Assembly: GCA_026026165.1 (NCBI GenBank)
Contig: JAPEUD010000017.1
Span: 248,001 to 312,000 of the forward strand
Reading direction: 5' to 3'
Length of the DNA: 64,000 nucleotides
Source: Sarea resinae
Taxonomy: Eukaryota
How positions within the stretch are numbered: the stretch's first letter is position 1; each line of letters starts with the position of its first letter. The notes under the pieces are model-generated. The model searched no databases. It had not been told where the DNA came from and worked only from the letters and a program-made list of their open reading frames with translations. The position numbers were made by a program, and so were the translations under genes. Below, one piece after another: positions 12,969 to 25,648 of the stretch.

Positions 12969-15296
12969 ATGTCGAGTCGGAGAATACCTTTGGCAAATGT
13001 GCCTAATGCGGCCAATTCGCCCTACCGTGGTTCTACCGCGGCCTCGAAGCGTTCTCGCTCTCAGAGCGCCGCTATTCAAGCCGAGCTGGCATATGGCCAA
13101 CCTCCTCCGGCCAAGAGACAAATGCTCGTCGCAGACGAACCATGCCATCGGGATTCGGGCGAACAGGATAGTTGGCAGAACGCAGAAGGTCGCGTCTTCT
13201 CTAAGAAGGCCAGCGGCTCCCAGCTCACGCCTTTCGAGCGGAAGTTGGTGGCCGCTGCTCGAGAACGGCATACCGTGCAGAAACCCGTCAGGCCTGAGAC
13301 CGCTGCAAAGGACAGTCTTGAAAGTGTGAGACTGTGGCAGAGGCATTATCGGAAGCTCTTTCCCCAATTCGTGTTCTATTTTGAAAGCATTCCGGAAGAT
13401 GCCCGAGCGAAATTCTCAAAGCAAATCGCGTCTCTGGGAGCGGTCAGTTACATGATACATCATTAAACCTGGGGCGAATTTGAAAGACTGACGCTCTAGG
13501 AACTGCAGCATGAGGAGAAGTTCTTCTCCAAAGCGGTTACACATGTAGTCACTACGCGCCCCATACCTCCGGAGGGCGATGGCGTGGGAACCTCGAATAC
13601 ACGTACAGCTCAGTCAATCGCCCAGGACGCTCGCGAACGGGATAGCGAAAGTCAAACGATTAATCCTTCGCTGTTGGAAAAACCTCAGGAGAACGTTCAC
13701 TCTCAAGGGCCGCCCATGCCAATCAAGGGCAAGTTCACCTTCGAGGCATCTTTGAGCCGAAAGTCCAAATTGTCGAACAGATTAGAAGCGTAAGCGTCAC
13801 TATTGCTTTACCCAACATCTAGAGCAAAGCAACTTACCTGAACTCGCTAGGGGTCCGTCGAACCCAGAAAACGATCTCCGAAGACGACACAATGGGAGTG
13901 GTGATGTCTTATACCGAGCGAGGGAGATGAAAATGAAGATATGGGCTTTAGAAAAGTTTCAACGAATGATGACCACAATGTTTGACACCGACACCGAGTC
14001 TCAAACATCACATAGCCATAATACACGCAGCAATGCATTGGCGGCTACAGGCAACAACAAAGCTAATCGAGATGCTGCTCTGTCGCAGTTGCTGCGAAAC
14101 GAGAAGCTCAATGGCCCTGCCGATCGGGACCCCACCGTCGCAAGCAAGGAACTCGTTCATTTCAAAGGACCCTTTATCTACATACATGACATGGACGAGA
14201 AGACCAAACCGGTCATGGTTCGTGAATATGAAAAGGTATCTAACCGAGAGGATGGCTGTTGGCCCCAATTCCGTAGTGTCAGCCAAGGGAGATGCCCCTT
14301 TGTGGACGAAATAGTTCGTATCCGGCGGGATCCTACTCAAGACCTGGGTAAAGAGCACGACGAACAAAAGAAGCCAGAAAAAGACGTGAGGGTGGCACCA
14401 CGTACCCGCGGCTCAGCAGCTACAGAACACGCTACGCTGCAGCAACCCGCTGGCCATGCCGCCGACAGAGCTCTGGGCGAGATTGAAAATGAAGCTGGTC
14501 GGCCGCCTAGGATCGACAAGTGCGCTCCTCACGCCAAACTGTTCGAGCCGCCGAAGGTGATTCCTGCAAAGAGAGGAAGCCCTGAAAGAGTGCCAAGGGC
14601 GCCGCATGGCGTCCAAGCTGGTATCAGAGGGGCTCGCAGATTATATGGGGGCGAACCAGTCGCCTCAGGAGTGCAGCCTTCCAATATTACTTCGGCTATA
14701 CGATCACAGATGATTTCTTCTACGGCAGCGGCACCAGGAGCAAAAGCGGGGACTAGTAAAGAAGTTCATGAGTTGAAGAGAAAGGTCTTGGAAAAAAACA
14801 GCGTCCCCTCTGCCAACAGTATTCCATCATCCTATAGGATGACAGAGGCAACAAACATGGCCAAACACGACACAAGTATATCCGAGCCTAGGCTTGCGAA
14901 ACGGAAAGCTAATGAAAAGTTGGGCATGAAAGATGAACTAGGATATATTGAGGAGATGTCTGAAGATGAAGAGAGTGGCCGCAGACATGTGGAGGCCAAG
15001 AAAGCTAAGCTTATCCGGAGAAGCAAATTAGAAAAGAAGGACCCCAAACCCGGCTACTGCGAGAACTGCCGGGATAAATTCGATGACTTTGACCAGGTAT
15101 GTCTAGGATGATGCTGTAAACTGAAGGCAATGACTGACTTGAAGATAAGCATACTCTTACTCGCAAGCACCGTAAATTTGCTACGAGCTCGGAGAATTGG
15201 AAAGAACTAGATGCTTTGCTCACGATCCTCTGCCGGCCAAGGACTGAGGAATGGGTAGACAATGGGTCCTCACCACACTCGGAGGAGTTTGCGTGA
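12969..15296 (+). CDS. DBF4: Cdc7 kinase regulatory subunit Dbf4/Dfp1/NimO
   Basis: N-motif WQRHYRKLFPQFVFYFE...EKFFSKAVTHVVTTR, M-motif FKGPFIYIHDMDEKTKPVMVREY, and C-terminal zinc finger KPGYCENCRDKFDDFDQ|HTLTRKHRKF; 3 introns. Confidence 0.93.
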
Positions 15297-16417
15297 CACT
15301 CTTTTGGAAGAATAAGATAAGGGGCAGACAGACCCTGGACGGTGTGATACAGAATGCATTTTTTCTGAAACGGGAAAAGCCCAAGAAGCGAAAGTGAGCT
15401 TCCTTACACGTCTCAGAAACTTGCTTCGCGACTAGAGTCTCGTCACAGTATCACTTTCGCTTTTCTGTTTGTAGGCTTTGCTAGATCTGCATTTCCGGAC
15501 GTTTCTTATTCGGGGTCACTGTACAGGCGAGGCGCCTGGTCTTTGTCGTTTGTAGCATGCATATTCTGGCGACAGCAAGTTATTTTCCTTCCTTTTCCTG
15601 TGATTGTTCAACGCTGTTTCCTTTCTATGAATATCTCAAGCCGTGGAGAGAAGGCGCTCAATAGCGTTTCTATGTGTTGATAGGTTTGATAATTGCTACG
15701 TACATGACGTTAGACTTATCTTTGTTCGGGCCCCCGTACCTCTCACTTCCAAGGCCAAAGGCACATCCCCCGCAAGTCATTCGTCGTCATAGGGGAGGCC
15801 TGGAGGGCTGGCCAGCAAAATGAGGCAAGTAAGTTAGACGACAGGACTTCGTCCTCCTAGCTACTTCGACCTCAATCTTCGATCGAAAACACTATGGAAC
15901 GGAGATGCTATCGATGGTCTATCTATGTACCCTACCGCACGCCCTTGCAAGTAGAGTAGAAGTGAAACGTATGAGTGATAGACAGTTTGAATTTCGAGAG
16001 TAGAAGAGCCCAACGCATACTATCTGATTCACTGTTGAACGTCCAGCAGCATGATATCGTGAGCGAGGCCGAGAAGAGGACAGAGGTTTGGGAAGAACGG
16101 AAAGATTCGTAATGAAAAAAGACACCGGACCCCCAACCCTTTACACTTCGTCCGTACTGCTGCACAAAGAAGCCACGGAGAGAGAAAGGGGCAAAGCGAA
16201 TTGAGGAGGGCAAGGGAAGACTAAGCCGACATGTATCCCACAGAAACGCCCTAGAAGAACCTGCCCCTCTTGAAACCCCTGTGAAAGATGAGAAGAAGAG
16301 AAGAAATGAACCAATGCTGCAGTGGCAGCTCCCAACAGATGGCCCAGACAGTAACAGGAAACCTCGCTTATGCAGATGCCTTGAACGACTCGGGCGTTCG
16401 GGCGCTTCAAGAACTGA

Positions 16418-17508
16418 TCAGACCTCCATAGTCCCGGCGGGCTCCTCGTCGCCAGACTCAAAACTGCCCACAGAGCTCATCTCGTCATCGGATTCGCTGT
16501 CCTCGCCTGCTTCGTCTGCCGCGTCTTTGGTGGCGTATTTCGACACGTACTCTATGCATTGTGAGTTTGCATCGAGGACGTGATATGTCTGGGGATTCGT
16601 ACCTTTCACCTTCGCCTCATACGTCTTGGGCTCCCTCATCATTAAGGCGGCCGCCTCTCCGTTCAGCGGGTCGGTGGGGTTCGGATATCGGAGCAGTTGG
16701 GGCAGGAAGACTTCGAAGATGTTGATCATGTCGAACATGGGCGACCATGTTTGATTTATGACGTCGAGACAAACGGAGCCCGACCTATATGAACGAGTCA
16801 GGACATGTCAATGGCTGTACCAATAGGTATAAAGGGAAGTGGCGCACAACTCATCAATATTAGGGTGGAATATCCGGTTGACAAAGCCGATGCTCGGGCT
16901 CTTGTAGGGATACTGGTCCGGTAGCTCGACGTGCACTTTCCAGAGACCACCGGCGAAAGGTGCTGATGAGGAAGTACAAGAGTCAGCGATGTATTCCTAG
17001 AAAGCGCGCATTGCGGGTTTTTCTTACTCTCTTCTGGCCCCTTGAAACGGACATAGAATTCCTGCCTGAAAACCCAGATATGTGAGCTTTATGCCGTCGA
17101 TTTATGGACGGATGGTACTAGAAAGACGGCACGAACACTGCCCATGACTCCGTTAGTATTGAACGGACCATGCGCCCACATGCATATTGTCTCGACCGGT
17201 AGGAGAGTCCACACGTACTGTTATCGTTCACCAAGGTGACTTCGTAATCGCTCATGAGCCTTGTTCTCGTTAGTCCTTGAAGCCAGATCAGGCGAGCGGG
17301 AGCTCGCAGATCGGACGACAGCAAGCATACATTCTGCACATAGTCAGCTCTCCTCACGTTGGCAGGGAATGAATCCTACTCACTTCATGACCTATACAAT
17401 CAGAGACGCATTCGTAGTTAGCCTGCAAGCTCTCCGCATCCCGGGATGTCCTTGAAGCTCGCCATCATGACTCACATCCGTCTCGATTCTTCTCTTTGGG
17501 CTGCTCAT
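16418..17508 (-). CDS. UBC8: Ubiquitin-conjugating enzyme E2 Ubc8/UBE2H; 9 exons including 8-, 3- and 1-nt microexons
   Basis: Spliced product [98 protein letters not shown]... with an acidic tail. Exons: 17508-17476, 17391-17384, 17333-17331, 17259-17219, 17137, 17065-17028, 16962-16848, 16784-16603, 16551-16418. Confidence 0.95.
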
Positions 17509-17564
17509 TTTGACAGTTGACTGGTCGCTTGGCAGCGACAAAACTTAGCCGTATCGATTATGTG

Positions 17565-17610
17565 CAGGTCCCGAGGGTCTCATTCAGGTCCCGAGGGTCT
17601 CATTCAGGTC
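17565..17610. repeat. 20-nt tandem duplication (CAGGTCCCGAGGGTCTCATT x2 plus partial) upstream of UBC8
   Basis: Direct reading of the sequence. Confidence 0.85.
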
Positions 17611-17889
17611 CATTCAAACCTGTAGAGATTGGAGGCGTATTGGCGCTGCGTTGCGGGGTGATCGGCGTGGTCGAGCTTATGGTTGTGGCGGGGTAGGGCA
17701 GTGGAGCATTCGCATGCGGGCTACAGAGACGTTCGAGAGCAAGAGGATATTGCTCCTCGGCGAGAATGAGAATGAGAATGAGAATGAGTGGATAGCTGCT
17801 GTTTGCGGCGATGAGCTGGCAGAGTTGAGGTGGTCAGTCGATGTGCGAGGTCGTGGTTAAATAATGACGCACGTGGAGTCGATACCTAA

Positions 17890-17914
17890 GGTAGGTAGGT
17901 AGGTAGGTAGGTAG
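17890..17914. repeat. (GGTA)n microsatellite
   Basis: gtaggtaggtaggtaggtaggtagg. Confidence 0.9.
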
Positions 17915-19035
17915 GCAAGGTAAGGTAAGCAACGGTGGTTGCGTCTTCACGGCCTGCAAAGTACAGCTCGCGGGCGGGTTGTCCTGATCGGGATAGATGG
18001 GATTGATTACACGCAGCAAAGACACGAACGAGGGAGTGGTGGTAGGTGGTGGTAGGTGGCGGTACTATCAAATGGTATACGGAGGAGATCTGTATGGATC
18101 TGTATGAATCCGATATATTACGGCTCAGGTGCCAGCTGCCAGGTGCCAGGTGCACGTCGCGATGGCATCAAACCTTGGAAGAGATCAAGATCTCCACTGT
18201 CTGGGCGTCGTCACGTGGCCAGCTCCACAGATGACTCTTATCCTGCAGATTATTAAGCATACCATTCTCTTCTGCTGATGCGCTTCGAATTGTTCCCGTC
18301 ACGACGCCGAAGCTGAAGCGGAAGCTGAAGCTGAAGCAGCTCGAGGAGAGGCCTGGAGAGCCGGTGCCTGATCCGGCTTGGGGAGCGACGGAGTACTGCG
18401 TTGCCTGGGATAGCAGGTGACCACTCATACTATGTACATAGTAGTACGAGTACACACCGCGCAGTAGTATCATAGTACTATACTCCGTACATAGTAGTAC
18501 GCAGTACGACGTAGGAGTACTCGTTCTTCAGGTGACGCTAGTCCGCAGTGGGCAGGCCCCTCGAGCCTCGGTCGGAGGGGCCCTGGCGCCCTTCAGCTGG
18601 ATTGGATGCGTTCCGTTGGGGAGAGAGACACAGAGGGACGAAGCGTGAGGTGCTTCGAGATACCCGAGTCGGCCGTCATGGTACCTCTCTCGTCGGCGCC
18701 CTACCTATTGGCTCCCAGGTACCTGCCCCGTTCGTCTTACGTACTCGCTGACTACCTGCATACCTTGTACCATATACTATGCATACCATTTAGGCCTCCG
18801 TAACGGCCGTGCACGACATACTGCGTACGGCAACCATCCCAGATAGCCCATCCTCATGGAAGGGACACCGCCTACGCGGCAGTATTCATCACGACAATTA
18901 CTCAGATAAAAAGTCATCTCGCCGCCCGTTCGCAATGCCTTTATCTCTCTTCGTCTATCATTCTCCAGGCACGCGAGGGGTCCGGCTTTCCCATTTTTCG
19001 ATTCCGCGACTCTTTTTTCCCACAACCAAACCCTC

Positions 19036-20152
19036 ATGTCGCCAGTCATGATGCGTGCCAGTGCTCTACGGCCATGGCTATCGCGTTGCGCCTCACCGAC
19101 GCCTGCGATGCCTGCCATGGTCGCGTCACAAAAGCAGGCCAGATGGAGCTCGCATTCGCCGCTGGGAAGCCCGCCGGTAAATCTGAGGAAGAAAGTCACG
19201 TTGAATACCTTGCAGTCTCTGCACCGGAAGCAAGAGCCCATCACCATGATCACTGCCCACGATTTTCCTAGCGCGCATGTTGCCGATGCGGCCGGTATGG
19301 ATATGATCTTGGTGGGGGATAGCTTGGCCATGGTTGCCCTTGGCATGGAAGATACTAGCGAGATAATGCTCGAGGAGATGATCCTGCACTGCCGATCCGT
19401 CGCTCGAGCCACAAGAAGTGCCTTCACCGTACGTGTTGTCTCTTGATATGTATTGGTCAATGCTGACCATGCCAAACCTAGATCGGAGATCTCCCAATGG
19501 GCTGCTATGAGATAGCCCCTGAACAAGCTCTCGAGTCCGCAATCAGAGTCATAAAGGAAGGAAGGGTCCAAGGCATCAAGCTGGAAGGTGGTGTTGAAAT
19601 GGCTCCAACAGTTGCCAGAATTACCAGAACTGGAATTCCCGTCCTTGGACACGTTGGCCTCACCCCACAACGTCAAAACTCCCTCGGAGGGTTTCGAGTC
19701 CAGGCCAAGACGACAACGGGTGCCTTGAAACTTCTTGAAGATGCGCTCGCTTTGCAGGAAGCTGGTTGCTTCGGGATAGTTCTCGAGGCCATACCGGCAG
19801 AGGTTGCCACTCTCGTCACTCGAAAGCTTCGCATTCCCACAATCGGCATTGGTGCAGGCAACGGCTGCTCCGGTCAAGTTCTCGTCCAGGTTGATATGTC
19901 CGGCAACTTCCCTCCTGGAAGATTTCTACCGAAGTTTGTAAAGAAGTATGGTGACGTGTGGGGTGAGAGTCTGAAAGCAATTGAATTATATAAGAGTATG
20001 CCTTATAAATCGGTTTAATGCCGAATGATACTAATTGTCTTGCAGGCGAAGTCAAGACTGGAATCTACCCGGCACCAGAGCACACATACCCCATATCGAA
20101 AGAAGAGTTGACGGAGTTCGAGAAGCTGATCGAAGATAAAACATTTGACTAG
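19036..20152 (+). CDS. panB: 3-methyl-2-oxobutanoate (ketopantoate) hydroxymethyltransferase, mitochondrial
   Basis: Motifs ITMITAHDFPSA, ILVGDSLAMVALG, IKLEGG, GHVGLTPQ and PTIGIGAG; 2 introns; TAG at 20150-20152. Equivalent to yeast ECM31. Confidence 0.95.
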
Positions 20153-20410
20153 GCATGACGATTCCTTGTCGCATTTTCTTGTCCGAGTAGCGTGTGATTT
20201 TTATCATCTTTTATCGTGCTCTAGGCCATTCGTTTCTCAAGCGCAGCATTCTTGATGCGTTCGGGCGGCATGTTTCCCTGCATTTTGGGTCGTTTTGGGG
20301 TTAGGGCTTGTAAGCGGGCGCTGGCATTTTTGTAATAGAGCACCTGGATACAACCGCCATCGGTAGACAATTTACCATAGTCATGATGAATGGTTTTCCT
20401 CATGAAGGCC

Positions 20411-21034
20411 TCACCCGAACGCCGGTGTCATGGAATACGCAATAATGAGCTGCTCGTCCGTCTTGAAGCACTAAATCACCAGCATCAGCATTCCAGATCT
20501 TGAGCTTCCATTATGAAACGGTGAAGCATAACAGGAAGTCTCAACTTACTCTGTACAGATTTCCAACCACCTCATCCAAAGCTGGAGCGAAGACCGAGTT
20601 GACATACAAGAACACACTATCGCTAGGCTTGCAGTCAAGCCGCTTGCGGAGAAAATTCACAACCGTCTCGAAACGCTGCGTGGCCGAGATCTTGTACACC
20701 TTAGTGCGTAGGATGGGCGCCGCGCCGACGGCCTGGAATCGTACCGTGACTATGTAGAAATATCGCCATCGTCAGTCCGATACTGCGGGATAGAACCTGT
20801 CCACCTGGAAAATGGGGCGTTCTCGAGGAGCAAGAAACGCATCAGAGAGGCCTGGATACCTTTCTTCTGTTCCAGTGCCCCTGCATCCTCGAGTGCAGCG
20901 TGGGCATCCCGCGGCAGCGAGGTTAGCACCACCGAGGCGGCCATCGTGAGAGGAGCGTCAAGCGCATGCTCGTCATCTGGGATCGGAGCCGCCGCGACGT
21001 CTCCTGCCGTGGCGTGTGAGTAGTGCGTCGCCAT
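20411..21034 (-). CDS. ATG12: Ubiquitin-like autophagy protein Atg12, 3 exons
   Basis: [39 protein letters not shown]...[40 protein letters not shown], ending in the C-terminal Gly. Confidence 0.95.
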
Positions 21035-21547
21035 GGTGAGCGTGCCAGTAGGTAGGTAAAGATAGTATGCGAAGATGGTTAGGTGGTGTGAGTGTTGTAG
21101 ACTAGACTCTGATGGAATAGTAGTAGTCGTCGTGAGAGGTGATGTGCCTCAGGTAAGGTAGGGTAGGGTAGGTATGTTGTTGTTGTTTGGCGCTGTCCGT
21201 ATACGGATGTATTCCAGGTTCGTACCGGAGCTATCTTATCGTCACCTCTCTATCTTAAACCGCCCAACCCAGGTCCTAAAGTCATCAACAATTATTGTGG
21301 GCTTCGCAAGACTTGATGGGCCATGTCGCTGTTCAATGGAGAACTACGGAGGCCTGTGATGTTCACGATATTTAAGGACGCTACATTGAATTTGCCATGA
21401 TTCTTTGTGCCATCTATATGGATGCTTTGAGCCCCAAGTAGGATCTTGAATCTCCGGGCGTCTTCTCCACTAAGCTCTCATCGTGATTGCATGTCGATTG
21501 GAATTTCAGACGGTGGAAGCCATCCGAGATCTGTAGATGCTCCCCAA

Positions 21548-22102
21548 TCACTTGATCTTCTCCAGAACTTCCTTGGTCTTGATCACATCTCCAAACGCAA
21601 AGGCAAAACCCTTCAGGCCAGCCGAATGCTGCTCCTTTGAAGCAGACCCACAAGCATCCTCGACCAACCACGTCTCAAAGCCGCGACAAAAAGCACTGCG
21701 GGCCGTCGTGTCGCAACAGCAATCGGTCATGACACCACAGACCACGACCCTCTGCACTCTCTGTTCTCTCAACAAGCTGTCCAGATCCGTGTTGATGAAA
21801 GCATCGTACGTATTCTTGCCTACCACGGGCGTATGCTCGTCTACATGCGCCGCAATTTGGGGGATCAACTGCCAGTCGTCCGAGTCAACGGCAATGGAGC
21901 CAGAAGCGCCCCAGCGGCGCACCAATTGACTAGTGGGCGGGGAGGCGGCGAGTTCTGCTTGACTGTGGCCGTGCTGGGTCAAAATGCATGGGAGCTTGTG
22001 CGCCTTGAAGTGCTCGATCAAAGCTGTGATGTTGCCCAGAGAGGCATTGCACATGGAGAGGAAGAAGTGCTGCATGTCGATGACGAGAAGGGCAGTCTCC
22101 AT
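21548..22102 (-). CDS. Isochorismatase/nicotinamidase-family cysteine hydrolase, intronless, 184 aa
   Basis: ALLVIDMQ, KNTYDAF and GVMTDCCCDTTARSAF provide the Asp-Lys-Cys triad. Confidence 0.92.
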   Translation of the reverse strand: METALLVIDMQHFFLSMCNASLGNITALIEHFKAHKLPCILTQHGHSQAELAASPPTSQLVRRWGASGSIAVDSDDWQLIPQIAAHVDEHTPVVGKNTYDAFINTDLDSLLREQRVQRVVVCGVMTDCCCDTTARSAFCRGFETWLVEDACGSASKEQHSAGLKGFAFAFGDVIKTKEVLEKIK

Positions 22103-23594
22103 GGTGTCCTCGTAAGCTGACGGACGTCAATACTCTACTCTAGTACGAGTACTCGCCCAGAGTACTATAGTAGAATGATAAAGCGGACGGTCAGATACTC
22201 GTAGTAGTAGAGGCGGTTTCAGTCCCAAGATCGGCATTCGTGAGGTCCAGGCAGGTAAGGTCGGTAGGTCCGTAAGGAGCGACGGAGTACGCGACGGATC
22301 TTCATTTGCGTGTCCTCAGCATCACTGCCATGTTGCTACCAGGTACCAAGGCCGGAAAGGACTCTGCACCTGAGCCGCAAGGACTCGGCTGGACCTCAAG
22401 TGCTACCCGCGAGTGACAGCCATGCGACGCATTGGTACCTGTCCTGCCGCACATGGCTTGTTGCAGATAAAGCGTGTCCTCCGTAGAGTACTCTGAGACT
22501 CGTACCTGAGTCGGGTCTACCATAGTAAGGTACTCTACGGTAGCAGTACCACCTACCTACTCCGGAGTACCTTACGTAGCACTTCAGTAGCACTCGACTG
22601 CGTACCGGTCTGTCCAGAACTAATCACAGGTAAATGATGATCCCCTGAGGACCCCTGACCGGCTTCTCCCAGGCGCCTTCAAACAGCCAACGACTCCAGC
22701 TGTCGCCCCTCCACTCTCGGCCACGACAGAAACGTGGGTACGGGGATCTGCAGCCATGCTTTCGACTCGAGGCATCCCGCCACTCATTTCATCCCGGTGA
22801 AGGCAGCCCCGTAGAAAGTTCGTTTTCGCTTCTCTTAGGAGAACGAGGCAAAGGCCGACGGGAACCACATCCCTCTTAGGGGCGTCTCTACTCCGGAGTA
22901 GGCTCCGCCGGACAAGAACCCTCCTTCTTACTCGTACCTCGTGGTCTACTCTAGCGACACTCGTCCGCCGAGGAGAGAGTCGTGGTAGTCACTCGAGTGC
23001 TATTATCGTGGCCCGAGGTCCTCTGGAGAACCATCTACAGTACGATGAGTACCTGACGCTGGTACTCCGTCGATCTCGTAGTTCGCAGTAGTAGTGACTG
23101 CCAAGTAGGCAGGTGATGGTATGCATTGGGCGGTAGATGGGCCATGGGAGGTACCGGACCTACTCTACTCCGTACACCACACACACGGATCCGTACCTGA
23201 ACCTTCGTACTCTACACTTTCACCCTCCGAACGAGTAATCAGGTCAAAGGGCTGTCCTCCCCCAAGACATGCCGTGTGACGGGTGCCTCTCTCGTGCAAC
23301 ATCAACCTCCAACTTGCCCGCTCTTCACGATCAATCAATCATCTAATCACTAGGCACGACCCTTTTCGGGACCAGGGAAGAATACCAGTGGACTCTCTCC
23401 CTTGCTCTGATACCTTCATTCACCCTGTCGACCGCTATCTGCCACATCCTCTCTGCCAGTCCATTGCCCTGCCGGACGTCCTGTCACTACCGCACACACA
23501 TCGCCAATATCACCACCATTTGGATGCATTAGACATCCTCACCCTATCAACTCGCCGTGGATGATATCATCTCTGAAGAGAAACAGACGCACCT

Positions 23595-25648
23595 ATGGGC
23601 AATTCGCAGGGCAAGCCCGTCGTCTTCACCGATGAAGGTACGCGAGCCATCCTCCAGACTGTCACCTCATGCTGTCTCAGAAATCTTCTCATCTGGCTGC
23701 ACGCAATGCAAGAAAGGAGATGCTGCTGCTATCCGCTTGCCTTCCAGCGTCCACACTCTACGGAATGCTGACTTCCTGTTATCGTTCTTACAGTGAACTT
23801 GAATCATTTTCGGCTATTGCGAGTGGTGGGAAAGGGTGCCTTTGGGAAAGTGAGAATAGTGGAGCGCAAGGACACTGGCTTAACATTTGCGCTGAAATAC
23901 ATTCGGAAAGATGAGGGTGAGAACGTCCCTTGTGTTACACTCCAGGGGCCAATGGACTGATATGAGGCAGTGGTACGGTCCGAGAGCGTGCGGAATATAC
24001 TACGGGAACGAAGAATGCTGGAGCATCTGAACCACCCTTTTCTCTGCAACCTAAGATATAGTTTCCAGGACGTCGAATACCTGTATGTTCACCCGTCGAG
24101 ACCCTCGGGCACCGGCGCTGATACGATCTTAGGTATCTTGTCGTTGACCTCATGAATGGTGGAGATCTTCGCTTCCACATATCTCGAAAGACTTTCACCG
24201 AAGATGCGGTCCGATTCTGGATGGCAGAATTGGGGTGTGCTTTGCGATATATTCACAAGCAGGGCATAGTACACCGAGACGTCAAACCCGATAATGTGTT
24301 ACTGGATGGCGATGGACATGTCCATCTGGCGGATTTCGTAAGGGTCCTGAGATAATCTACCTGTTTGCACAATACTGACAATCTCAGAACGTTGCTTCGG
24401 ATTTTGTCCCCGGCAAGCTATTAACAAGCAGATCTGGCACTTTGTCATATCTCGCTCCAGAAGTCTACAGTGGCGTTGGCTACTCCTCCGAGGTTGACTG
24501 GTGGTCTCTTGGGGTGATTTTCTACGAATGCATATACGGAAAGGTTTGTATTCATATTAATATCTTTGATCGAGTGTTAGGAAGCTAAAAAATCGCAGAG
24601 ACCATTTGAATCAAGATCTCGGGATGCCCTCACTAAGGAGATTCTGAGAGGCGAGGCAAAATTTCCGGTCACCCAACCCCCGGTGTCGATGGCTTGTCTT
24701 TTCGCTATCAGTTCATTGCTAGAGAAGGATAGATCTCGACGGATTGGCGCTAGTGGGTTCGAAACGTTTACTGGGAATCCCTTTTTTGAAGAGATAGACT
24801 TCAGGGCATTGGAGCAACGACGAGTGGAGCCTGTGTTCAAACCTTCCAGCGATAAGACAAATTTCGATGCGACATACGATCTCGAGGAACTTCTCCTAGA
24901 GGATGCACCACTAGAAGCGAGGTCCAGGCGGCAACGACCAAGAGAACAGCTAAAAGCAAACGCTTCGGACAAGGAGATCCGCGAGGATGAACTACATCGA
25001 ATGATCGAGACATTGTTCGAACCGTTTGACTATACCACAAACGCGTAAGTTCTACCTCTTTATTATCTGGCCGGACACTGAAGCGTAGAATTAAGGAACC
25101 CTCGGCCCATCACCGAATCAGCAGGCTGTGTAGTACCGCCAGCACATCCACCTGAAGAGGTCCGCCCTTCCGATCAACTCCAGCGGTCCGAACCCATGAA
25201 GTCACACCACACTACTCCAGCAAACTCTGGACCAGTTTCCCCGAATGGATCTCCACCCATCCAGGCCTTCAACATTGGCATCGCTGTCGGAACTCCGGGC
25301 GCTACTACAGATCGCTCGGGCTACTTTGCCCCTCGCGACACAGCTGCAGAAACTGCCACCTCCCCGGCAGCCCGACCCCCTCCGCCCATCTCGCACGTCG
25401 GCAGTACGAGAAATACAAGTGTTGGAGGCGGCATCCAGGTTGTCCTCGACGAGACGGGAAGCTGGTCTGAACTTGCCAATCGGAATGCTACCAGTTTGCA
25501 AGGGGATGCATCACAAGGGCTTAAACCGAAACCAAGTGGGATGCTTGGGTTCCTCGGGAGGAGCAAGGGACGAGAAAAGAGTCCGAAACCACAGCAGAGA
25601 GGTGTGTTAGGGAAGGAAGGCGCTAGAATTATTGTGAATAATTGCTAG
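23595..25648 (+). CDS. AGC-group Ser/Thr kinase, YANK/STK32-like, 7 exons
   Basis: MGNSQGK N-terminus (possible myristoylation); motifs [29 protein letters not shown] (DFN variant typical of YANK), YLAPE and [14 protein letters not shown]. Confidence 0.9.

Noticed and set aside
18777..19877. 366-aa antisense ORF
   Set aside because: It is the shadow of panB on the opposite strand and has no recognisable motifs.
20297..20307. GGGTTAGGG telomere-like or telomerase-template-like word
   Set aside because: It is a single short match in a 260-bp convergent gap, too small for a telomerase RNA.
8452..22102. Sirtuin, panB and isochorismatase as a vitamin/NAD gene cluster
   Set aside because: They are interspersed with unrelated housekeeping genes and no shared pathway is supportable.
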